DNA of 64,000 nt from an uncultured Nitrospinota bacterium (GTDB taxonomy: Bacteria > Tectomicrobia > Entotheonellia > J063 > CAVPRW01). Every line of letters begins with the position of its first letter. Within the stretch, counting starts at the first letter, position 1. Position numbers and translations under genes: made by a program. Location of the stretch: assembly GCA_963707985.1 (NCBI GenBank), contig CAVPRW010000025.1:128001-192000 (forward strand), given 5' to 3'. This document shows positions 43,999 through 58,242 of the stretch, piece by piece. The notes beneath the pieces are model-generated. The model saw only the letters and a list, made by a program, of their open reading frames with translations. It had not been told where the DNA came from and ran no database searches.

Positions 43999-45388
43999 CT
44001 GACTTTTCCGTTTCTTCTGCGAGATGGCCACAGGGGCGGCAGAGCCGCTCGGATCTCATGAAAGTGCTTGAAACGACATAAAAAATGGTCATGGTCTCCT
44101 CCAAGCGACCACACGGTGCAGCAATGAAACGGAGGAGACTACCATGACTCACGACAGAGCGTACCACAGGAGACTCCAGCACGCCAGGCAACAGCGGCAG
44201 CACCACGCCAAACAGCGGCGCCTCCTGCAGGCGCGCGAGTGACTTCAACGCGAGCAGGCGCGTGCACAGCGCTACCTGCAGGCCTTGGAACAGGCACTGG
44301 TGGATTGGGGGCTGCCGGAGACGCTGGCGCCTGAAGTCGAGTGGCGGCTGCAGCGGGTGGGGAAGCTGCTGGGCAGAATCTTCGGGGTCATGTTCCCGAC
44401 GCTGTTTGGGTGCCACACCACCTACGAATTGACCCGAGTACACCTCTGGGACAAGAACCTGCCCAGCCAAATCCTGGGAGCCCTGCCCAAGCAGAAGTGG
44501 GTGCGCCAGTTGCAGCACCGGGGGCAGGACCTGCTGGCGATCCTGTGGCACCATGTCGAGGGCAAAAGCCCTGCGACGCACAGTCGCTGGCAGTGGACCT
44601 GGGTGGGCGATGATAGCGTCTTCAAGAAATCTGGCCAGCAGCTGGGGCTGGTCGGGCCCTGGTATAGTGGTCAGGAACATCGGGTCCGGCTCGGGATTGA
44701 CGGGCTGCTGTTGGTGGTGGTGGTCGGCGAGGGCACGCTGGTCATTCCGGTCGACTTCACGGTGCGTCGTCCCGACCCGATGGGGCCTGGTGGGCCCTGC
44801 CGCGACAAGCTGAGGTGGTTGCAAGTCATGCTGGACCGGACCTGGACCGCGCGGCGGCGCTGCAGCTGCCCGCCCCCCTGGTAGTCACCGACAGCTGGTG
44901 GGCGAAGTTTGCGAGGGCGCTACCGGCACCATGCTGGTAGTAGGCCAGGCACGGACGCTGCGAGTTCTGGCCCTGGGGGACAGCCGGTGCGCTATGTGCG
45001 GCTACCGCACCAGTATGGGCTGCTCTGTCCGAGCGACACCCGTGCACGGCGTCACGGCCCCCGCTTGATCCGGGCGTGGAAGCGGCGGAGCTGGATTGCA
45101 CACCACTTCCGCCTGCTGAAGCACCTGTTGGCCACGGAGGCCTGCCAGGTCCACGGGGAAGCTCCCTACTATGGCCACCTGGTCTTGCGGCTGTTGGCTG
45201 GCATGGTCTTGCTCTATACGGCCCGCATGCTTCTCAAGGGACGGGTCACCATGGAAGAAATTGTCTTCAGCCTGAAGCATCACTGACGCTTTCTCAACTC
45301 AAGAACTCTGGAATTACACGCACTTTCATGGGAGATCAGCCTGGAAGCCGTATGAATACTAACGGCGATTATATACCGGAAAAGTCAG
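43999..45388 (+). mobile_element. Degenerate insertion sequence (DDE, IS701/IS4-like)
   Basis: 12-bp terminal inverted repeats CTGACTTTTCCG (43999-44010) / CGGAAAAGTCAG (45377-45388) enclosing a transposase pseudogene; no clear target duplication. Confidence 0.75.
44144..45286 (+). pseudogene. Transposase pseudogene
   Basis: WVGDDSVFKK, YSGQEHRVRLGIDG, VVTDSW, RRSWIAHHFRLLK; premature TGA at 44240 plus frameshifts and deletions. Confidence 0.8.
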
Positions 45389-45778
45389 ACCGGTATCCTA
45401 TGGCGGGCGCCTAGGGCAACGTCTTCCACGCTCAAGTTAGCCGGGGACGTCCATACCACCGCCCAGGCAGGGCCTTCAGGCGTGACCGAGGTCAGGCCAG
45501 ACAATTATGTTCGAGTAGGACAAGTGGCCGCATTTCGGGCGAGGGATGGAGAAGCTCTCTTCTCCATCCCTCATGCGTATCAGGTTGAGGACGAGAAGCT
45601 CTGGACCACAGCTCCAACACCAGTGAAGGTGCTTCAGCGCCCAGGGCAGGCATTTTATGCCAACCTCGATGTCGAGATTGTGCGCCAAGAGATGCAAAAG
45701 TTGTTTGGACAAGCCTGATCAGACGTAGAAGCCTTAAGAAAATCTGATGTCATCCACCTTTCCTAGCCGAACACTAAA

Positions 45779-46162
45779 TTACGGTCGTAAATCGTTAACG
45801 ATACGGTCTCGATGTTCGTGCCAGTCCGTATCTTGTTGCCGCTGACGCTGCTCATCGGCCTCAGCCTTGAGACGTGTGGCCTCACGTCGTTGTTGATACA
45901 GCGTGTTCGCTCTCGTCAAATAATCCTTAAAATAATCGATGAGTTGCTGGCCTTCGTTGTCGTAGTGGATAAAGGCTCGACTCCCCTCAAACGAAAAATT
46001 TCGAGGTTCTTTACCTGGAAAAAACGGTATGTTCGAGATTCCCCAAAAGGCACGAATCCATTCATTCGTTACATGCTGGTTGAGGATTAGTATTAAGCGC
46101 CCATCTCGATCATAATCAATCTTTTGAAGCAGTACGGATTCTCTAGCAATCTGTTCGTCCAT
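45779..46162 (-). CDS. Hypothetical protein (lower GC, passenger-like)
   Basis: RBS GGAGG; 127-aa AT-rich ORF with coiled C-terminus. Confidence 0.55.
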   Translation of the reverse strand: MDEQIARESVLLQKIDYDRDGRLILILNQHVTNEWIRAFWGISNIPFFPGKEPRNFSFEGSRAFIHYDNEGQQLIDYFKDYLTRANTLYQQRREATRLKAEADEQRQRQQDTDWHEHRDRIVNDLRP

Positions 46163-46365
46163 GTACGTATGGCCTCCATAATCATTTCAAGAAAAAGGAT
46201 TGTACGTTCTGAACTCCTGCACGATTGCTGCTCTCACGGCATCTTGTGCAGATGAATAGGTGGAATATGTAGGACGGCGAAGAGAAATCGTTGCAAGCCG
46301 TTGCAACCCATCTACCACCTGCAGTTTTCCATCTAGCCCATGCTTAGCCACTCACCTTCCACCCC

Positions 46366-46542
46366 TTACCGTTGGAGGAAAGCAATTTTGTGACCTGCTT
46401 CCTCTAGTTCTCTTCGCGCCACCTGACGGAGCCGCTCTCGAATCCAGACCGACAGTGCCACACCAGCCAAGTCAGCAGCATCCTGAAATGCCTGCTTCTC
46501 TTCCGGGCCTATACGGAGCTTAAGAGATTCAGATTTTATCAT
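46366..46542 (-). CDS. Ribbon-helix-helix / DUF1778-like small regulator
   Basis: MIKSESLKLRIGPEEKQAFQDAADLAGVALSVWIRERL; RBS GGAGG. Confidence 0.7.
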   Translation of the reverse strand: MIKSESLKLRIGPEEKQAFQDAADLAGVALSVWIRERLRQVARRELEEAGHKIAFLQR

Positions 46543-46649
46543 GTCACCGCCCTCCTTGCCTAAATTGTACCCACAACGTGACCACATGTCAAAAAAATCT
46601 CTTCAGTCGTGGGTACAATAGACGGGCAGGCCTAAGCATAGAGTCCCGG

Positions 46650-46772
46650 TCGTTTGCCCATTATAACGTTGTGTCTATTCATACCAGCCTGCGTGTGAGT
46701 CCACCGATGGCGGCAGGAGGCACTGATCATTTGTGGACTCTGGAACAATTGGTGGAGCAGACTTCAAATTAG
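46650..46772 (+). pseudogene. C-terminal remnant of an IS1-family-like DDE transposase
   Basis: FAHYNVVSIHTSLRVSPPMAAGGTDHLWTLEQLV matches the YNFxRxHxxLxxTPAMxAGxTDHxW tail. Confidence 0.7.
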
Positions 46773-47088
46773 GAAGCCACCCCTCGACCGGCCCAGGTTG
46801 ACAACCTACTTCACGCCATCTTCAAGCGTCCCTGTGTCACATTTGCCAAGATCTCACCTCAGTCCTGATTCGGCCGCAGCCCAGGCATGCCGTAGAGTAA
46901 GGCACGTAATGTCCACCCGACCCCAAGTGAATGGGGGTGTAGGCGTACGAGTCAGCGGTTCGGTTGCCACATCTGTAGGGGACGCTGGAGTTCAATCACA
47001 CCCTGCACACTGAGATGTGCCCCATCCCGTTGCCGCTGAAAACCGCTCAAGGGGGTGGATCGATTCTACAAACAAGAGGAGAGAGAGC

Positions 47089-47478
47089 ATGAAGACCGTG
47101 CTCATGATCGTGGTGTTGGGGTTGATGTTGGCAGCTACGTCCGGAGATGCCGGGGCCCCAGTGGCCGGGGTGGTGACCCTGGGGACCACCGTGGAGATCA
47201 CGCAGGCGGTCGCCGTGGGCAATCGGGCGTCCAAGATTGTCGGCGCCCCCGTCTACAACGATCAGGCCGAGAAAATCGGCAGCATCGATGATCTGATCGT
47301 CGCGCCGGACCGTTCAGTGTCATTCGCCATCATGTCGATCGGAGGCTTCCTCGGCCTGGGCAGTCGGCTGGTGGCGATTCCGATCGAGCAGCTGCGCGAG
47401 GAGCAGGGTCGCTTCATCCTACCTGGCGCGACGAAAGAGGCGCTCGCGAAGCTTTCCGAGTTCCAATATGCCAGCTAA
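47089..47478 (+). CDS. PRC-barrel domain exported protein
   Basis: Signal peptide; RASKIVGAPVYN, IGSIDDLIV, SIGGFLGLG. Confidence 0.9.
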   Translation: MKTVLMIVVLGLMLAATSGDAGAPVAGVVTLGTTVEITQAVAVGNRASKIVGAPVYNDQAEKIGSIDDLIVAPDRSVSFAIMSIGGFLGLGSRLVAIPIEQLREEQGRFILPGATKEALAKLSEFQYAS

Positions 47479-47505
47479 TGCACGCATCCGAGAGGAGGAT
47501 CACTC

Positions 47506-48702
47506 ATGGCGAGGATCGTAGGGATCGATTTAGGGACCACAAACTCGGTGGTGGCGGTGGTCCAGGGCGGCAGTCCGGTTGTCATCCCCACGGCCGAAGG
47601 TGGCAATCTCTGCCCGTCGATAGTGGGGTTTGCCAAAGGCGGGGAGATCCTGGTCGGCCAGATCGCGACGCGGCAGCCCATCATCAACCCCGAGAACACC
47701 GTCTACTCTATCAAGCGCTTCATGGGCCGCCGCTATGACGAAGTGGAAGCCGAGCGTCAGATGGTGCCATACCAAGTGGTGCCCGGCCCTGGAGGCGATG
47801 CTCGTGTGACGATTCCGCAAACAGGCAAGACCTATACACCGCAGGAAATCTCGGCGCTCATCCTGCAAAAGCTCAAGCGCGATGCAGAAGCCTCTCTAGG
47901 CGAGCCTGTGACCCAGGCGGTGATCACCGTTCCCGCCTATTTCAACGACAGCCAGCGGCAAGCCACCAAGGATGCCGGCCAGATCGCTGGTCTCGACGTG
48001 GCGCGCATCATCAACGAGCCTACGGCGGCGGCCTTGGCGTACGGACTGGATAAGAAAACCAACGAGACGATTCTGGTCTGGGACCTTGGCGGTGGCACCT
48101 TCGACGTCTCCATTCTTGAGGTCGGCGAGGGCGTCGTCGAGGTACGGGCGACGAACGGCGATACCCACCTAGGGAGTGATAATTGGGACCAACGGGTCGT
48201 GCAGTGGATCACCGAGGAGTTCAAGAAGGATCAGGGGATCGATTTGAGCCGGGATCGCTCGGCTTTGCAGCGGCTCAGAGAAGCAGCGGAAAAGGCCAAG
48301 ATCGAGCTTTCCAACGTCATGGAGACGGAGAACCTGCCCTTTATCACGGCGGATGCGAGCGGTCCCAAGCACTTGCAACTCAAGCTCACACGCGCACGGG
48401 TCGACCAACTCACGGAAGATCTCCTGCAGCGTTGCGTCAGCCCTTTTGAGAAGGCCCTGGCGGATGCCAAGCTGAAGCCCCAAGACCTGCATGAAGTCAT
48501 CCTGGTCGGCGGCGCCACACGCATGCCGATGGTGCAAGAGTTGGTGCACCGGCTCACCGGCGGCAAAGAGCCACACAAGGGCGTCAACCCGGACGAGGTG
48601 GTGGCGGTTGGAGCGGCGATCCAGGGGGCGGTGCTGGGTGGCCAGATGAAGGATGTGCTGCTGCTTGACGTGACCCCGCTGAGTCTAGGCGTAGAAACCA
48701 TT
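47506..48702 (+). pseudogene. dnaK: DnaK truncated after the ATPase domain and linker
   Basis: [53 protein letters not shown]; no substrate-binding domain. Confidence 0.9.
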
Positions 48703-49145
48703 GAGGGTGCATATGGGCACTACGCCACAGCTGACGACTTGCAAGACCTGTTTGGCGATGAGAGTCCATTCTCTGACTTCTTTACCACGATTTTTGGGCA
48801 GGCACGGGGTGCCGAGCGTGCCCCGCGCCCTCGGCGCGGGCGTGATCGGGAGGTTGAGGTCGAGGTCACGCTGGAGGAAGCCTACCGCGGCACAACGCGA
48901 TCGATCCAGATCGGTGATCGGCGCATCGAGGCCAAGATTCCGTCTGGTGTCTATACCGGTGCCCGGGTGCGCCTGGCGGGTCAGGGTGAGCAAGGACGTC
49001 AAGGGGGCCGGATGGTGATCTGTATCTCGTCATTCGCGTGGCGCCCCATGCGACATTCGAGCGCGACGGCGACGATCTGTTCACTGAGGTGCCAGTGGAC
49101 ATCTACACAGCGACACTGGGTGGTGAGGTGCGTGTGCCCACGCTG
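48703..49145 (+). pseudogene. DnaJ/CbpA fragment (G/F region and CTD, no J domain)
   Basis: [52 protein letters not shown]. Confidence 0.85.
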
Positions 49146-51416
<2,271 letters not shown>

Positions 51417-51462
51417 ATCGAACCATACGACATTGGGACACCTGCATGTGCCGTCGCTGGCA

Positions 51463-51515
51463 AAATCCCCCCTCGCCCCATTTGCAAAGGGTGGAGCGCA
51501 AGGCGCGGGGGATTT
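51463..51515. repeat. REP-like palindromic element (second class)
   Basis: AAATCCCCC...CCCCATTTGCAAAGGG...GGGGGATTT. Confidence 0.5.
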
Positions 51516-51606
51516 GTCACAGCAGATCACGTGTATGAATCTCGGGGGTCTTATTTAGGATGCATGGCAAATGTGTCGGTGGAAATCCTCGAAAGGATGG
51601 CGAGCT

Positions 51607-52158
51607 ATGGCTGTAATCGTGTATACGACGCCGACCTGACCGTACTGCCAAATGGTGAAGGAGTTCCTTTCGCAAAAAGGTGTGCCGTTTACCGAAAAAG
51701 ATGTCAGTCGGGATCCGAGGGCAGCCTCGGAACTTCAGCAACTGGGGCAGCGCGGTGTGCCTGTAATTCTGGTGGATGGGCAGATGGTGGTCGGATTTGA
51801 CCGCCCTCAGCTTGAGCATCTGTTGGCGCAGGCTAACGCCACGACGGGTGGGGAACGTCCCAGGCTGGGCGCCAGCATTGCTGATGCGGCGCAGCATGCG
51901 CCACCCGGTAGTCCACCCGGCGCTTACGTTGGACGGGTACGACCTGGATCACCCGCCACTCGGGCGGGAATGCAGCCTGGCGACATCATCGTCGCGATCG
52001 CCGGCCAGCCGACAGGTGGCGCCGCAGATGTCGAACAGATCTTAAGTCGTCTGCGACCGCAGCAGCCGGTGCCCGTGCGTATCTACCGAAACGGACGAAC
52101 CTCAGAGCTCAGGCTCGACATGCAACCAACAAGGGATAAGGAGAAACCTCATGTATGA
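51607..52158 (+). CDS. Glutaredoxin-like UxxC selenoprotein fused to a PDZ domain (Sec UGA 51637-51639)
   Basis: MAVIVYTTPT-U-PYCQMVKEFLS...GVPVI...VGFD, then RLGASIAD...GSPATRAGMQPGDII; hairpin at 51655-51673. Confidence 0.85.
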
Positions 52159-52597
52159 ACCATTCATCCAGCGCGTGAGTCACGATGTGATGGTTGTTTT
52201 ACAAAACGGCGGCGAGCGGGCTGCCGTCCGACGAGCGGTCCGGATGCAAGTCATCGCTGCGGTAGGCGAGGAAGCGGTCACGGCCGTCCGTGTGCAGCAG
52301 ATCTCCTACGCTGCGATGCTCGGGTCGTTTCAGGCGGCTGAGGAATCGGGCCTGTCGATCGAGGTTGTCGGGGAAGAAGCCTCAACAGGGATACTGGAAG
52401 GCGTGAAGGAGAAAGGCGGCAAAGCCATATCATACTTGCAAGAGGCCATCCAGGGAGCGATGGCGGCGGTGGAGGAATCTGTAACCCAGCTGAAGGAGAA
52501 AGCCTCAGAGGTTGCCGAGAAAAGCCGCAAAGCGCTGCAGTCGCTAATTGAGCGCTTGAAAGGCGCGCCACAGGGGACCGCGGGAGAGGTTCGATGA
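52151..52597 (+). CDS. Hypothetical helical protein
   Basis: RBS AAGGAG; overlaps neighbours in an operon-like arrangement. Confidence 0.55.
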   Translation: MYEPFIQRVSHDVMVVLQNGGERAAVRRAVRMQVIAAVGEEAVTAVRVQQISYAAMLGSFQAAEESGLSIEVVGEEASTGILEGVKEKGGKAISYLQEAIQGAMAAVEESVTQLKEKASEVAEKSRKALQSLIERLKGAPQGTAGEVR

Positions 52598-53175
52598 CCC
52601 GCAACCTTGCGACTGTTGAGCTAGGCTACGAGCCAATCTGGTGCAGGGTTGCCCCATTCCTGCCCGGTTTGGCATCAAGGCCTAGCGCTCCTACATTGGC
52701 ATCGGCCGGATTGTTCGATGCTCACATGTTCCAGCTCGCGAACGTCTTGCAGGTCGTGTTGATCCCCGACCGGCGTGCCCCGGTAGTCACGCACATGCTC
52801 TGGTACCAGGTCGGCTCGGCCGACGAGACGCCGGGTCAGTCCGGCTTGGCGAACTTCTTCGAGCACCTCATGTTCAGGGGCACGACTCATCACCCTGGAG
52901 ACGCCTCCCCGCGGCTCATTGCCCGCGCTGGCGGGGACGTCAACGCCTTTACCTCCTATGACTATACCGCCTATTACGCCACCGTAGGGAGCAACAGCCT
53001 GGAGCTGGTGATGGCGTTGGAGGCCGATCGTATGTTGAACCTCACATTGTCTGAGGAGACAGTCCAGGTCGAGCGGGAGGTGATCGTCGAAGAACGGCGC
53101 CTGCGAACCGATAATCATCCGGAGGCGTTGCTGCACGAGCAAGTGATGGCCGCCCTGTTCCTGAACCATCGCTAG
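52594..53175 (+). pseudogene. M16 zinc peptidase catalytic subunit, truncated
   Basis: WYQVGSADE, GLANFFEHLMF (HxxEH first His is N), NAFTSYDYT, LEADRM; ends at LFLNHR. Confidence 0.85.
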
Positions 53176-53182
53176 TGAGTGT

Positions 53183-54511
53183 ATGCGTCCATCGCCCACC
53201 TTCTCCGTATCACTTGGAGGCACGGCAGTGGAGGCCATGGGTGCGTTGCCATCCACGCCGGCCGCCTCGTTTGCGATCCAACATGTCAAGAGCTCCCGAG
53301 GCGTCAGGGCGTGGCTGGTCGAAACACCGGATCTACCGATCATCGCCCTGCATTTCGCCTTCCGGGATGCCGGATCGGTAGCAGACCCGGTTGAGCGCCA
53401 GGGGCTTGCTGCCTTCGGGGCGCAGATGCTCACCGAGGGAGCTGGCGAGCTCGGAGCCAGCGCCTATCAGGAGCGAATGGCCGAATTGGGCGCGACATTA
53501 ACCTTCGCCGCCAGCCGAAATATCCTCCTGGGACGTCTCGAGGCCGTGTGTGACGATCGCGATCAGACGTTCAAGCTCCTTCGCCTGGCGCTGAGCAGGC
53601 CGCGCTTCGATGCGGAGGCCATCGCACGTGTGCGAAGGTCACGCCTGGCCGATCTGGCGCGCCGTGCCACTGACCCGACCTACGTGGCACGTCGCGCCTG
53701 GTGGCAGGGGGTCTTCCCGAACCACCCCTATGGGCGCGATCCAGAAGGCACCGAGGCGGATACCGTCGCGATCACTGCGGATGATCTGCGCCTGGCTTTC
53801 ATGAGGGGCGTCAGCAAGGAGAACCTCATCGTCAGCACCGCTGGCGCCATCAGTATGGAGGAATTAGGCGAGGCGCTCGACCGCGTGTTCGGAGATCTTC
53901 CCGACCAGGGCATGACACCGGCCGTGCCAGCTGCCGAGTTCGTGCCTGCAGACCCTCTGCTTGTCCGGCTACTGTTCCCACAGTCCTCCCGTGTGTTCGG
54001 ACACATCGGGGTGCGGCCGACCTCTCCCGACTACATTCTCGCGATCGTGCTCAACCATATCGTGGGCGGTGGGGCACTGACGTCACGGCTGTTCGTCGAG
54101 CTGCGAGAAAAACGCGGCCTGGTGTACTCGGTCCACACCCGGCTTGAGCCTCTGTCCGACGAAACTCTAATTGTCGGATCGTTCGCCACTGAAAACGACA
54201 AGGTGCCGACCGCCATGGAACTGGTCCGGCGCGAATGGCAGCGGCTTGCCAGTGGCGCTGTCACCGAGAACGACGTCGATGCCGCGAAGGCGTTTCTGAA
54301 AGGTGCTGTGCCACTCTCGCTCGATGGCACGTCGACCATGGCCGGGCGGCTGCTGGCGGTCCAACGTCTTGGCCTCGACACGGAGTATTTGAGCGAGTGG
54401 AACGCCAAGATCGATGCGGTAACTGTTGAAATGGTTCGGGCCCTGGCACGTCGCCTCATGGGGCCGGAGGCTCTGACCTTCGCAATTGCAGGGGACCCCA
54501 CGGGTCTATAA
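53183..54511 (+). CDS. M16 peptidase non-catalytic subunit
   Basis: LTEGAG, HPYG, GGGALTSRLFVELREKRGLVYS. Confidence 0.85.
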   Translation: MRPSPTFSVSLGGTAVEAMGALPSTPAASFAIQHVKSSRGVRAWLVETPDLPIIALHFAFRDAGSVADPVERQGLAAFGAQMLTEGAGELGASAYQERMAELGATLTFAASRNILLGRLEAVCDDRDQTFKLLRLALSRPRFDAEAIARVRRSRLADLARRATDPTYVARRAWWQGVFPNHPYGRDPEGTEADTVAITADDLRLAFMRGVSKENLIVSTAGAISMEELGEALDRVFGDLPDQGMTPAVPAAEFVPADPLLVRLLFPQSSRVFGHIGVRPTSPDYILAIVLNHIVGGGALTSRLFVELREKRGLVYSVHTRLEPLSDETLIVGSFATENDKVPTAMELVRREWQRLASGAVTENDVDAAKAFLKGAVPLSLDGTSTMAGRLLAVQRLGLDTEYLSEWNAKIDAVTVEMVRALARRLMGPEALTFAIAGDPTGL

Positions 54512-54582
54512 CCCATACCAGGGCCGCGGGACTATAGAGCTTCATGCCCGGGGCGAACCGAGGTACGTCATGGAGGGAGATG

Positions 54583-57233
54583 ATGGACGCGAATCGCTTG
54601 ACGCAAAAGTTTCAAGAGGCACTGAATGCGGCACAAGCCAAGGCCATCAGGTTGAGCCAGCAACAGGTGGACGTCGAACACCTGTTGTCGGTACTACTGG
54701 AGCAGGAACGTGGGCTGGCGCCGTCGATTCTGCAAAAAGCCGGAGTCGATCTCGGGGGCATCAAACGCCGCATCGACCAGGAGTTGGAGCGCCTGCCAAA
54801 AGTCTCGACACCGTCAGGACCGCCTGATCAAATTTACATCACCGGTCGGCTGAACCGTCTCTTGGTCCAGGCAGAGGATGAGGCGAAGCGGCTCAAGGAC
54901 GACTACGTCTCAGTCGAGCATCTGCTCCTGGCGATGGTCGACGACGGCGGCACCGCCGGACGCATACTCAAGGAGGTGAGCCTGACGCGCGAGCGCCTCA
55001 TGCAGGCGCTGCAGGAGGTACGTGGCAGCCAGCGCGTGACCTCGCAAGACCCCGAGGCCACCTATGAGGCGCTGGAGCGCTACGGACGCGATCTGACCAA
55101 ACTGGCTGAGCAGGGCAAGCTCGACCCGGTCATCGGCCGCGACGACGAGATCAGGCGAGTGATCCAGGTGCTGTCGCGTCGCACCAAGAACAACCCGGTA
55201 TTGATCGGCGAACCCGGAGTTGGCAAGACCGCGATTGTCGAGGGCCTGGCGCAGCGCATCGTGCGCGGCGATGTCCCGGAGGGACTCAAGAACAAGCGAG
55301 TCGTCGCTCTCGATATGGGGGCGCTGGTCGCCGGCGCGAAGTATCGCGGCGAATTCGAAGAGCGTTTGAAAGCGGTGCTCAAAGAGGTGCAGGAGTCAGA
55401 AGGAAGCATCATCCTGTTCATCGATGAGTTGCATGCGGTGGTCGGTGCTGGTGCGGCCGAGGGCGCCATGGACGCCAGCAATCTGCTCAAACCCATGCTG
55501 GCGCGCGGCGAGCTGCACTGCATCGGCTGCCACGACGCTAGATGAATATCGCAAGCATATCGAAAAGGATGCGGCTCTCGAGCGACGCTTTCAACCCGTA
55601 CTCGTCGACGAGCCATCGGTCGAGGACACCATCTCTATCCTGCGCGGCCTGAAAGAGCGCTACGAGGTGCATCATGGCGTCCGTATTAAAGATTCAGCCC
55701 TGGTGGCGGCAGCAGTCTTATCGAAGCGCTACATCACGGATCGCTTCCTACCCGACAAAGCTATCGATCTCGTCGATGAGGCCGCGGCCAAACTGCGTAC
55801 CGAGATCGACTCCATGCCAACCGAGTTGGATGAGATTTTGCGACGGCTGATGCAGCTGGAAATCGAGCGCGAGGCCCTGAAAAAGAAACCGATCCGGCGT
55901 CGGAGGAGCGCCTGGACAAGATCGAGCGAGTTGGCCAATCTGAAGGAACAGGCCGACGCTCTGAAGGCCCAATGGCAAGCCGAGAAAGACGCTGTGCAGC
56001 GCCTGCGCTCCATCCGCGAGCAGATCGAGCAGACCAAGATCGAGATCGAGCAGACCAAGATCGAGATCGAGCAGGCGGAGCGCCAATACGACCTCAACCG
56101 TGCCGCAGAGCTGCGCTATGGCCGACTGGCCGGGCTCGAACGCCAGCTCCAAGAGGAAGAGGAACGGCTGACACAGAAGCAGGGGCAATTCCAGTTGCTC
56201 AAGGAAGAGGTGGACGAAGAAGACATCGCCGAGGTGGTCAGCCGCTGGACCGGGGTCCCCGTGTCGAAGTTGCTGGAGGGCGAGATCCAGAAGTTGCTGC
56301 ACCTCGAAGAGGAGCTGCATCAGCGCGTCATCGGGCAAGACGAGGCGGTGAAGGCGGTGTCGGAGGCCGTGCTGCGGGCGCGCTCGGGATTGAAAGACCC
56401 GAATCGCCCTATTGGCAGCTTTATCTTTCTTGGACCGACAGGGGTGGGCAAGATCGAGCTGGCGCGCGCCCTGGCGGAGTTTCTGTTCGACGACGAGCGC
56501 GCCATGATCGCATCGATATGTCGAGTACCAGGAGACGCATACGGTGGCACGTCTGATCGGTGCGCCTCCGGCCTATGTAGGCTATGATGAGGGTGGTCAG
56601 CTCACCGAGGCGGTGCGACGTCAGCCATATTCGGTCATCCTCTTCGATGAGATCGAGAAAGCGCACCATGATGTGTTCAACGTCATGCTCCAGATTCTGG
56701 ACGATGGTCGTCTCACCGACGGTCATGGCCGCACGGTGGATTTTAAGAACACCATCGTCATCATGCCGTCGAACATTGGTAGTCACCGCATCCTGGAGTA
56801 TCGTGGGGCCTTCGAAGGCGAGCCCTATGAGCGTATGAAGCAGGCGGTGCTTGAAGAAATGCGGCGTAACTTCCGGCCGGAGTTCCTGAACCGAGTGGAC
56901 GAGATCATCGTCTTCCATGCACTCTCGGAAGAGCACCTCCAACAGATCGTCGAGATCCAACTTGGGTACCTGCGGAAGCGGCTGGCTGAGCGTCATATCC
57001 AGATCGAGTTGACCGATGCCGCCCGGCAGTATCTGGTACACATTGGCTATGATCCGTCGTATGGCGCGCGCCCCTTGAATCGTGCCATCCAGAAGGAAGT
57101 CGAAACCCCACTGGCGCGGCTGATCCTCACAGGCGAAGTGCGCGATGGCCAGAAGGTCGTCGCCGATTACGATCCGAGCCGAAAGACGTTGCAATTCGAC
57201 AGTGTGGAAGATGCGATGGCAGTGGCTGACTGA
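54583..57233 (+). pseudogene. clpB: ClpB chaperone (frameshifted, invariant residues substituted)
   Basis: [32 protein letters not shown]-domain, DEIEKAH, YGARPL; frameshifts near 55530, 55890-55925, 56510-56520; 21-nt tandem duplication at 56023-56074. Confidence 0.9.
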
Positions 57234-57546
57234 GCCCCGCGAACATGCTGTTGAAGACCAGTAGCGATATGCCTGCTGTCGCGAGCAGGTCCGAGTGCAC
57301 AAGCGACGCGGTGCCGATCGCAGCACCCTCGACACTCCCGGCTTGCATGTCATTGCTTTCAATCCCCATCATTGCCTCAGAGGAACACCGTTCACGACGG
57401 CGGTTTCGTTGTGTTGAGAAACGTCACTACCGCATACCGCACGTTGATGTATACTAGGCCACATCATGGTATTACCTCAGAACTGAAACAGATCTCCTGA
57501 TCGTCAGCGTGCTCGCCAATTCAGCGGCGTTGGCCGGAGGTGAACA

Positions 57547-58105
57547 GTGCAGACCCCTGTTGTCGACAGTTACCGCTGGAAAACGAAGGACCTCGAATAG
57601 GCTCCCGGAAGAGCCATTCCTGAGCTATGAAATCATCGATGGGGAGTTGATTGTGTCGCGGAAACCACACTTGCGCCATGCCGCGATCATCGGGACACTC
57701 TGCGCTCAGGTCTATCCCGCTGTGAGAGCCACAGGAGGGGTATTATTGGTTGAACCCGGCATTGTCTGGAGTGAGGAGGGCGAAGACAACGTCGCTCCCG
57801 ACATCGCGATCGTGCTGCCCGATCGACTCCATTTGGCAACCGGTCGCGCCCTTTCAGGGATGCCTAACATTGTCATGGAAGTGGTCTCCGAGGGAAGCGT
57901 CGAGATCGACTATGTCAAGAAGCGCGCCCTCTATGCCAGGACCGGCGCGCAAGAGTATTGGATTATCGATTGGCTCCGGCAGTCGATCGAGGTTTGGACC
58001 TTCATTGGACAAGCCGCGCAGGTCGTGACCTATACCAGCGGACAAACCATCACCACGCCTCTGCTTCCCGATGTATCGATTTCCGTCGAGGACCTCCTCA
58101 GCTGA
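57547..58105 (+). CDS. Uma2/DUF820 family endonuclease (apparent frameshift near 57598)
   Basis: YEIIDGEL, APDIA, PNIVMEVVS, DYVKKRALY, EYWIID; GGAGG before GTG 57547. Confidence 0.85.
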
Positions 58106-58242
58106 ACCAACACGTGCTCCGATCCTTGCCGAAGCCTGGGTAAGCGGTGGCTGACCCTCAGGCACTGTGCAAACTGAGGGCGGCTCTGAGTGAGGCTGGG
58201 AGGTCAGCACAAGGGGGTGTATGAGTATCCTGGCGAGACAGG

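Noticed and set aside
44240..44242. In-frame TGA in the transposase as Sec
   Set aside because: Non-redox context in a gene with other lesions; most simply a CGA->TGA nonsense change.
46790..47505. CIRCE operator upstream of dnaK
   Set aside because: No TTAGCACTC-N9-GAGTGCTAA match seen.
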